14,292 nt of DNA from Candidatus Methanophagales archaeon (GTDB taxonomy: Archaea; Halobacteriota; Syntropharchaeia; Alkanophagales; Methanospirareceae). The notes beneath the pieces were generated by a model, which was not told the DNA's origin, searched no databases, and was given only the letters and a program-made list of their open reading frames with translations. The stretch covers positions 1-14,292 of the forward strand of contig JAPVWK010000048.1 in assembly GCA_028572065.1 (NCBI GenBank), written 5' to 3'. The translations under genes and the position numbers were made by a program. Of this stretch, positions 7,132 to 13,027 are shown in pieces. Position 1 is the first letter of the stretch. Each line of letters begins with the position of its first letter.

Positions 7132-7563
7132 CTATTTTATCTTCTCCGCAATCTTCTTCCCGAACTCGCGGCATTCTTCCAGCCCCTTCTCGGTTGGTCT
7201 TCGTTTTATTCTCAGTCCAGGTTCTATCACGTCCATCCCTGCGAGATTGTTCATCGTTTCTGTCAATATCTCTATGGATTCGCCACTCCAGCCGTAAGAC
7301 CCGAATGCCGCACCAACCTTGCCTTTCAAGTCCGTATTATCCATCACGAAAAGAAAAGTCTTCATCGCTGCTATCAGACTACGAACATAAGTCGGAGACC
7401 CGAGCACGACCGCATCCACGTTCTTGAGGTCATCCACATTTGCATGTGCCGCTTTTTTCAGTTCGACTTCAACTCCCGCCTTTTTCAAGCCCGTTTCGAT
7501 TGCTTTTGCCATCATTTCGGTATTACCCGAACGAGTTTCATATATTAATATTGCTTTTGCCAT
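7132..7563 (-). CDS. short-chain flavodoxin 1
   Basis: 143 aa with the FMN phosphate loop (YETRSGNTE), VVLGSPTY and AAFGSYGWSGE. GGAGGA lies 8 nt upstream of the ATG. Confidence 0.85.
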   Translation of the reverse strand: MAKAILIYETRSGNTEMMAKAIETGLKKAGVEVELKKAAHANVDDLKNVDAVVLGSPTYVRSLIAAMKTFLFVMDNTDLKGKVGAAFGSYGWSGESIEILTETMNNLAGMDVIEPGLRIKRRPTEKGLEECREFGKKIAEKIK

Positions 7564-7614
7564 TTTTTATTCCTCCAGTTTTGTTTCATCTTGTCATTGC
7601 CATATTTCGAATTT

Positions 7615-7675
7615 ACCGCGGAAAACGCTGAGTTCACAGAGAAAAAATCTCTGCGTCCTCCGCGAACTCTGCGGT
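7615..7675. repeat. imperfect palindromic intercistronic element, copy 2 (inverted orientation; FDP 2 / flavodoxin 1 spacer)
   Basis: The arms are ACCGCGGAAAACGCTGAGTTCACAGAG and CTCTGCGTCCTCCGCGAACTCTGCGGT. The right arm matches the reverse complement of the copy 1 left arm at 22 of 27 positions by hand alignment. Confidence 0.65.
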
Positions 7676-7700
7676 TAATCTGTTTTTACCTCTCTTCTAC

Positions 7701-8882
7701 CTACTCCTTTTTGATGACCGCTCCTAACTCCTTACCTGCTTCTTTTACTTTATCCAACTCCCCTTCATCCGGGATATACTGAATTTTAACGCCTTCAACA
7801 GGCATGTCCCATCCAAGGTCATTCATGATTGTTTCCATCTCTTTTACTGCCTGCCCTCCCCAGCCATAAGACCCGAATGCAAAACCAATTCTGTTTTTTG
7901 GGCGCAATCCCTTCAGATACGTGAGGAACGCTCCTACCGATGGAAAAATACCGTTGTTCAAAGTGGGGGAGCCAACCAGTATAGCTTTTGAACGGAGGAC
8001 ATCAGCCATTATATCCGAGATATGAAGCGTTTTTAAGTTACGCATGGTAACAGGAATACCTGCCTTTTCCAGACCAGCCCGTAAGCTATGTGCCATCTTC
8101 TCTGTTGAGCCCCACATGGTATCATAAATGATGACCGCCCGGTTCTCTGCCGTGTTGGTTGCCCACTTCTGATAGGCTTCTAAAATCTTTGGTAAATACG
8201 TTCGCCAGATTATTCCGTGTCCCGGTGCAACTATCTCTAGGTCCAGTCCTGAAAGTGCATCCAGCGCTTTTTTTACCTGGTCGCCATAGGGAAAGACAAT
8301 GTTGGCATAATATTTCGCAGCTTCTTCGTGAAGAACGTCCCACCCGATCTCATCATCAAAGCGTTCAGGCGTAGCAATATGCTGCCCAAATGCGTCATTA
8401 GAGAGTAGTATCTTCTCTTCCGGTAGATAGGTAACCATGTTATCCGGCCAGTGTACCATAGGCGTGAGGAAGAACTGCATGGTTCGTTTACCGATGTTTA
8501 TAGTATCTCCGGATTTCACTACTACAAAGTCCCAATCCTCTTTATAATGCCTACGCAAACCTTTTTCACCATTAGGACTAGTTACTACTTTCGCATCAGG
8601 CGCAAGCGCTAGGATTTTTGCTAAATTGCCTGAATGGTCCATCTCCACATGGTTAGATACCACATAATCAATTTTAGAGGGGTCAACCACTTCGCTGATG
8701 CGGGCTAACATCTCATCAAACAGATAGTGCTTTACCGTATCTACTAATACAATCTTTTCGTCCATGATGAGGTATGCGTTGTACGTGGCACCTCTTTGCG
8801 TCAGGTAACCATGGAAATTACGCACATCCCAGTCTATACCTCCGACCCAGTAGATTCCTGGTTTTATCTCTATGGGCTCCAT
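7701..8882 (-). CDS. fprA: flavodiiron protein 2, FprA-like (methanogen F420H2-oxidase-type subfamily)
   Basis: The start is set at the internal Met (MEPIEIKPGIYWVGGIDWDVRNFHGY...), because the upstream part of the 431-aa track ORF overlaps rubredoxin 2. Diiron motif HVEMDH and flavodoxin domain (VIIYDTMWGSTEKMA ... FGSYGWGG) are present. The overall pattern resembles methanogen FprA, from memory. Confidence 0.9.
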   Translation of the reverse strand: MEPIEIKPGIYWVGGIDWDVRNFHGYLTQRGATYNAYLIMDEKIVLVDTVKHYLFDEMLARISEVVDPSKIDYVVSNHVEMDHSGNLAKILALAPDAKVVTSPNGEKGLRRHYKEDWDFVVVKSGDTINIGKRTMQFFLTPMVHWPDNMVTYLPEEKILLSNDAFGQHIATPERFDDEIGWDVLHEEAAKYYANIVFPYGDQVKKALDALSGLDLEIVAPGHGIIWRTYLPKILEAYQKWATNTAENRAVIIYDTMWGSTEKMAHSLRAGLEKAGIPVTMRNLKTLHISDIMADVLRSKAILVGSPTLNNGIFPSVGAFLTYLKGLRPKNRIGFAFGSYGWGGQAVKEMETIMNDLGWDMPVEGVKIQYIPDEGELDKVKEAGKELGAVIKKE

Positions 8883-8883
8883 A

Positions 8884-9021
8884 CTAACCTTCCTTCTCGA
8901 ATGCTGCTTTGTCTGCACCACAGACGGGACATTCCCAATCGTCAGGTAAATCGTCAAATGCCGTTCCCGCTTCTTCTTCGTCATAGATATAGCCACAGAC
9001 GGTACATATCCATTTTGCCAT
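8884..9021 (-). CDS. rub: rubredoxin 2 (45 aa, missed by the ORF track)
   Basis: Hand translation gives [51 protein letters not shown] lies upstream. Its TAG stop is 1 nt from the FDP 2 ATG. Confidence 0.92.
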   Translation of the reverse strand: MAKWICTVCGYIYDEEEAGTAFDDLPDDWECPVCGADKAAFEKEG

Positions 9022-9050
9022 TTCTCATCTACCTCCTATTAAGTTGGCTT

Positions 9051-9119
9051 ACCGCTGAGCACGCAGAGAACGTAAAGAGCTTTCATTGTCAACTCTGCGG
9101 TCTCCATGTTCTCAGCGGC
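9051..9119. repeat. imperfect palindromic intercistronic element, copy 3 (flavodoxin 2 / rubredoxin 2 spacer)
   Basis: The arms are ACCGCTGAGCACGCAGAGAACG (9051-9072) and CGGTCTCCATGTTCTCAGCGGC (9098-9119). Against copy 1, the left arm matches at 21 of 22 positions and the right arm at 19 of 22. Confidence 0.75.
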
Positions 9120-9129
9120 AAATAAAAAT

Positions 9130-9561
9130 TTATTTTATCCTCCCCGCAATCTTCTTCCCGAATTCTTTGCACTCCTTTTCTCTTGTAACTACTTCCATGC
9201 CTTTCATCTTCAAATCCGGCTCAATCATGTCCATCTCAAAGATATGCTTCATCGTATCGCTCATCATCTCGACAGCTTCACCACTAAAGCCATAAGTACC
9301 AAATGCCGCCCCGACTTTTCCTTTCAAGTCCACTTTCTTCATCTTGAATAAGAACATCTTCATCGAGGAGATCATGTCATGGTGGTAGGTGGGACTTCCG
9401 AGAACAACAGCATCCACGCCTTCGAGGTCTTCCTCCTTTGCTGCCAGGACCTTTTTCAATTCCACGTCCACTCCTGCCCCTTCCATGCCTACAACGATTG
9501 CTTTTGCCATCGTTTCCGTATAGCCATAATTGGTATCATAAATTACTATTGCTTTTGCCAT
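9130..9561 (-). CDS. short-chain flavodoxin 2
   Basis: 143 aa, the same length as flavodoxin 1. A gapless hand count gives 83 of 143 identical residues. Motifs: YDTNYGYTE, VVLGSPTY, AAFGTYGFSGE. AGGAGG lies upstream. Confidence 0.85.
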   Translation of the reverse strand: MAKAIVIYDTNYGYTETMAKAIVVGMEGAGVDVELKKVLAAKEEDLEGVDAVVLGSPTYHHDMISSMKMFLFKMKKVDLKGKVGAAFGTYGFSGEAVEMMSDTMKHIFEMDMIEPDLKMKGMEVVTREKECKEFGKKIAGRIK

Positions 9562-9643
9562 TTTTTCATATCACCTCCTATTTTTTTAGATTGGTTCTCC
9601 GTTGAATGCAAAGATAGCTACCTTCTTGTTCATCCCCTTACGC

Positions 9644-10162
9644 TCAACCCTCCACAGATGCCGCAGGTGGCGTAAATACCCGTGCTGCCAGTTCTTTGTC
9701 TACCATGAGCAAACCATTACCGTCTTCTCCCACGAGTTTCAACCTGGCAATGATTTCATTATCGTTACCTTCCTCTTCTATCTGTTCAGTAACGTACCAT
9801 TGCAAGAAGATATTCGTAGCGTGGTCCTTCTCCACGATTGCAAGGTCCACGAGCTCATTGATGCTCTTCGTAATGAACTTCTCGTGCACCAGAGTCTTCT
9901 CAAACATATCTAATGGCGACTCAAACTCTGTCGCGGGCTCTTCAATCGCTGCTAGCTTTACCTGCCCACCCTGATCGTTGATATAGCCGTAGATTTTCAT
10001 CGCGTGCGTCATCTCTTCCTGGTACTGCACCATGAACCAGTTGGCAAATCCCTTCAGTCCTGTGTACGAGCTGTAGGCGGACATCGCCATATACAGATAC
10101 GCTGAATACATCTCCTTGTTAAGTTGTGTATTCAGCGCTTCCTGCATCTTTTCGCTTAGCAT
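9644..10162 (-). CDS. ftn: ferritin (non-haem, Ftn type)
   Basis: The start is set at MLSEKMQEALNTQLNKEMYSAYLYMAMS, which avoids overlap with the peroxiredoxin gene; the track start at 10204 lies inside that gene. Ferroxidase-centre residue context (E..Y, QEEMTH, WYV.EQ.EE) and ~170 aa are typical. Confidence 0.88.
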   Translation of the reverse strand: MLSEKMQEALNTQLNKEMYSAYLYMAMSAYSSYTGLKGFANWFMVQYQEEMTHAMKIYGYINDQGGQVKLAAIEEPATEFESPLDMFEKTLVHEKFITKSINELVDLAIVEKDHATNIFLQWYVTEQIEEEGNDNEIIARLKLVGEDGNGLLMVDKELAARVFTPPAASVEG

Positions 10163-10173
10163 ATTTATTTTCC

Positions 10174-10824
10174 TTACCCCTGCTTTTTGTGACAGAACCA
10201 CCAATCATAGCAGTCGTATTGCTTGACTCGTTCTTTTGCGGTTTGCTCATCCGATGCCGGTGGTATTATAACCTCATCTCCGATCAACTCGTTGTTTGGC
10301 CAATTTGCAGGTATCGCCACGCCGTATTCATCATTGGTTTTAAGCCCACGTACCATTCGCAAGATTTCATCCATGTTCCTGCCGAGTTCCTGCGGATAAT
10401 AAATCATAGCTCTCATTATTCCCTGCGGGTCAACAGCAAATACCGCCCTAACCGTATTCGTGCCCTTGTTGGGATGTATAAGCCCCAGCATCTTGGCTAC
10501 TCGACCTGTGTCGTCCGCGATAACAGGAAACTTTATCTCCACGTCCAGATTATCCTTTATCCATTCCACCCATTTTATGTGGCTGAATACCTGGTCTATG
10601 CTCAATCCGATCAGCTCGCAGTCGAGTTCCTTAAAAGCCTCAAATCGTCTTTGAAAAGCCACGAACTCGGTCGTGCACACCGGAGTAAAATCCGCTGGAT
10701 GACTGAACAGGACAAACCATTTGCCCTTGTACTCTTCTGGCAGTTTCTTCTTTCCATGTGTCGTTTGTACTTCCATTTCCGGGAATTCTTCCCCAATCAG
10801 GGGCATACCTACTTCTTCTTCCAT
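10174..10824 (-). CDS. peroxiredoxin (archaeal Prx6-like / Aeropyrum-type thiol peroxidase)
   Basis: [20 protein letters not shown] contains the peroxidatic Cys. The C-terminal DCYDWWFC gives the Cys-x5-Cys pair seen in archaeal Prx. AGGAGG lies 10 nt upstream of the ATG at 10824. The Met at 10806 ([10 protein letters not shown]) is the alternative start and matches homologue N-termini. Confidence 0.9.
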   Translation of the reverse strand: MEEEVGMPLIGEEFPEMEVQTTHGKKKLPEEYKGKWFVLFSHPADFTPVCTTEFVAFQRRFEAFKELDCELIGLSIDQVFSHIKWVEWIKDNLDVEIKFPVIADDTGRVAKMLGLIHPNKGTNTVRAVFAVDPQGIMRAMIYYPQELGRNMDEILRMVRGLKTNDEYGVAIPANWPNNELIGDEVIIPPASDEQTAKERVKQYDCYDWWFCHKKQG

Positions 10825-10841
10825 TTTTCATATTCCTCCTA

Positions 10842-11192
10842 TTACATTTCTATACAGTTTTGCCACACACCGTGGACGTTGCAATACGCGAGTGCACAGA
10901 ACGCTTTGAATTCCGGTACGGGCACCTGGAACCTGACGTTTGGATTGGTATAACCCGCTGCGAACGCAGCCCGTCCGAGAAAAACCACCTGTCCGCCGTC
11001 TTTCTTTACGCCATACAGTTCTATCCACGCGATATGGTGCTCCGCGGTGTTAGGATGCGGCACGTCCTTACCCACTACTACTCGTACGACATCCACGTTC
11101 TCTTCTCCTCGTCCCTTGCCTGTCTCAATATAAGGGACGTGTTTCTCTTTTCCTTCGGCTTCTGCGCCTTTTAACAAATCTCCAAAATCCAT
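10842..11192 (-). CDS. sor: superoxide reductase, 1Fe-SOR (neelaredoxin type)
   Basis: Iron-site motifs GKEKHVP, HPNTAEHHI and CNVHGVW are present. The 116-aa length and order closely parallel the Pyrococcus SOR sequence as I recall it. Confidence 0.9.
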   Translation of the reverse strand: MDFGDLLKGAEAEGKEKHVPYIETGKGRGEENVDVVRVVVGKDVPHPNTAEHHIAWIELYGVKKDGGQVVFLGRAAFAAGYTNPNVRFQVPVPEFKAFCALAYCNVHGVWQNCIEM

Positions 11193-11211
11193 TTTTATTT
11201 ACATTACCTCC

Positions 11212-12567
11212 TTATTTTCCGTTCCTTCTAACCAAATAAGCCACAACTAACAGGCTTAATAACGCAAAGATACTTTCAAAACCTGGAACTCCTTCGTCTG
11301 GTGCTTTCTTACCTAGTTCTATCGTGTCTTCTGCACCTGCCATCTCTATCACCGGTGCCACGACATTACCCTTCCCGAAGAGCTCATCCAGGAACTTTTG
11401 CGATGCAGACCGGTAGTTCAACTTTGCTTCCACTGTAATTGGACCATTTACACCTACGGGTATCGCAAAATTATACTTCTCCACTCTGGTATCCTTGGGG
11501 AGTATCCGGTTATCAGAGAGCACGGATTCCGACTCCCATACTTTTACCGTTGGGTTTCCAGACGCATCTCCAAGCACTACATGGTACATCACGGCATCGG
11601 GGTCCACTTCGCCATCAGAATCAAGTCCACCTACGTGATAAAATTCTTTGCCCGAGGCATCCTTCGCCATAATCTCTATCCAGGCCTCTCTCGCCTCTGT
11701 AAGTCCGGTTGGCAACTTATGCCCCGCACCCACGTTCGTGACTTTTACCGTAATTTCAGCTTCCGAAACCTTCTTCTCGGCTTCCAGCACGAGCGTTGCC
11801 GCGGATTTCAACCGTTCCTCTGCCATTTGCTGATGCACTTCTGAACCAATAACACCGGTTACCGCTGCGTTTCCGCCTACAAAGTAATGTGTGTAAATGT
11901 GGTCCCTATCTGGTCCGATCCCTGAAGCCTTACCTGGATTTGCCTCGAAATGCGTAATACCAGGCGTCATGTGGCAGTCCTGACATTGTGTAGTCGAGTT
12001 GTACGGTCCTTCTTTCCACTCGGTATATGTCGTCTCGATTGGAATTCCGGTCACGGGATGGTTGACATCGTGACACATCCCGCAGAACTCTGATTTCGTG
12101 TGAAGGTCTGATAACATACTACCGTGAGATGGCGATTTCGAATCGTCATACGGTCCTCGTTTAAATCCGTCCAAAGCGACCATAAAAGCACCGTTTCCTA
12201 TACCCGTGGATTTATTGACGTTATGACAGAAATCGCACTGTAGCCCCTTCTTCGATACCTCACTTATGTTTTCATGTCCAATTGGAGGGACTTCACCCGA
12301 GAGGACACCGATTGGCGTGTGACACCGCGCACAGTAGGTGTCGGTTAGACCCTCCGTCTCGTTTGAAGCCATCTCTTCTTCCGCCAAATAAACCGGGTCG
12401 GTGTATGCTATTGAGTGCATCGAGCCATCCCATTGATTGTATATTTCGGCATGACAGCCCTTGCATACTGCTGGATCATCGAAATCAGAAGATTCAATAG
12501 CTCCTGCAACCATCGAACCTGCTAATAGAGTACAGACAATCGCAACTATTGGTATTATACCTCTCAT
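11212..12567 (-). CDS. secreted pentahaem c-type cytochrome with C-terminal PGF-CTERM archaeosortase signal
   Basis: There is an N-terminal signal peptide. The five CxxCH motifs are CKGCH (aa 35), CARCH (79), CDFCH (111), CGMCH (162) and CQDCH (195). A large non-haem C-terminal domain carries AGHKLPTG. The tail is VPGFESIFALLSLLVVAYLVRRNGK. The start overlaps the upstream stop (ATGA). Confidence 0.85.
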   Translation of the reverse strand: MRGIIPIVAIVCTLLAGSMVAGAIESSDFDDPAVCKGCHAEIYNQWDGSMHSIAYTDPVYLAEEEMASNETEGLTDTYCARCHTPIGVLSGEVPPIGHENISEVSKKGLQCDFCHNVNKSTGIGNGAFMVALDGFKRGPYDDSKSPSHGSMLSDLHTKSEFCGMCHDVNHPVTGIPIETTYTEWKEGPYNSTTQCQDCHMTPGITHFEANPGKASGIGPDRDHIYTHYFVGGNAAVTGVIGSEVHQQMAEERLKSAATLVLEAEKKVSEAEITVKVTNVGAGHKLPTGLTEAREAWIEIMAKDASGKEFYHVGGLDSDGEVDPDAVMYHVVLGDASGNPTVKVWESESVLSDNRILPKDTRVEKYNFAIPVGVNGPITVEAKLNYRSASQKFLDELFGKGNVVAPVIEMAGAEDTIELGKKAPDEGVPGFESIFALLSLLVVAYLVRRNGK

Positions 12568-12845
12568 TCCACCATTTCCTCCACCTCTTTCTTACCCTTT
12601 TCCAGTTCCTCGACCTGCTCCTTATCTTGCATTAGAAGCAGCGCCTGAAATTCGCCCATGTGTGTCTTCTCTTCTTTCGCTATATCCAGCAGAGCCGCTT
12701 TGACTTCTTTTCGCTCTGCCATCGCCGCGAGCTGCTCGTACAAATTCACAGCGTCCAATTCCGCGATCATACCGACACGCAATATCTCTCTATCCCTATT
12801 CTCTTTACTCACCTTTTCCAAATCTATTGGTAATTCGCTTAACAT
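12564..12845 (-). CDS. EncFtn-type ferritin-like mini-protein (encapsulin-associated ferritin family), no recognisable encapsulin-targeting tail
   Basis: ILRVGMIAELDAVNLYEQLAAMAERKEVKAALLDIAKEEKTHMGEFQALLLMQDKEQVEELEKG closely parallels the N-terminal ferritin-like domain of the Pyrococcus furiosus encapsulin as I recall it (ILRLAIIAELDAINLYEQMA...DVAREEKAHVGEFMALLL.LDPEQ). The E...EExxH metal ligands are present. AGGGGG SD lies upstream. Confidence 0.7.
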   Translation of the reverse strand: MLSELPIDLEKVSKENRDREILRVGMIAELDAVNLYEQLAAMAERKEVKAALLDIAKEEKTHMGEFQALLLMQDKEQVEELEKGKKEVEEMVE

Positions 12846-12973
12846 GTTTCACACCCCCTAAAATTATCCATCAACAATGCCGTATTTCCGGCCAATACAA
12901 ATGCAGGGTCTGTTATCACAAAATATGTGGTTCCCTCAAAATCCGCTGCTACCCTATTTTCTACCATCAGCAT
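12839..12973 (-). CDS. unannotated 44-aa ORF (hypothetical small protein)
   Basis: Hand translation gives MLMVENRVAADFEGTTYFVITDPAFVLAGNTALLMDNFRGCETC. AAGGGGGA lies 5 nt upstream of the ATG. The stop overlaps the EncFtn-like start (ACATGTTAA). It is below the ORF-track size cutoff and no family is recognised. Confidence 0.3.
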   Translation of the reverse strand: MLMVENRVAADFEGTTYFVITDPAFVLAGNTALLMDNFRGCETC

Positions 12974-13027
12974 TCAATCCCCCTTTTAGATATAACTTCT
13001 TTCGCCATATTAGTTTTTCGGTTTTTA

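Noticed and set aside
7606-7625. TTCGAA followed by CGCGGAA, considered as an MsvR-type TTCG-N7-9-CGAA redox-regulator box
   Set aside because: The second half-site is CGGA, not CGAA, and the sequence is part of the palindromic repeat arm. No clean box was found in the other spacers either.
7424-7782. Plus-strand ORFs crossing the spacer (for example ...FEFTAENAEFTEKKSLRPPRTLRL...)
   Set aside because: The AENAEF / LRPPRTLRL strings are simply the palindromic repeat read in frame. The rest is antisense to flavodoxin 1 and FDP 2.
10126-10953. 275-aa plus-strand ORF, the fifth-longest in the ORF track
   Set aside because: It lies entirely antisense to the peroxiredoxin and SOR genes, which have unmistakable catalytic motifs. 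Its sequence is low-complexity and hydrophobic ([17 protein letters not shown]), as expected for a shadow ORF.
11212-12567. Pentahaem cytochrome considered as NrfA (cytochrome c nitrite reductase)
   Set aside because: No CxxCK active-site haem motif is present. The spacing of the five CxxCH motifs (44, 32, 51 and 33 residues) does not follow the NrfA pattern as I recall it. The C-terminal AGHKLPTG domain is not NrfA-like. The call was kept as a generic multihaem cytochrome.
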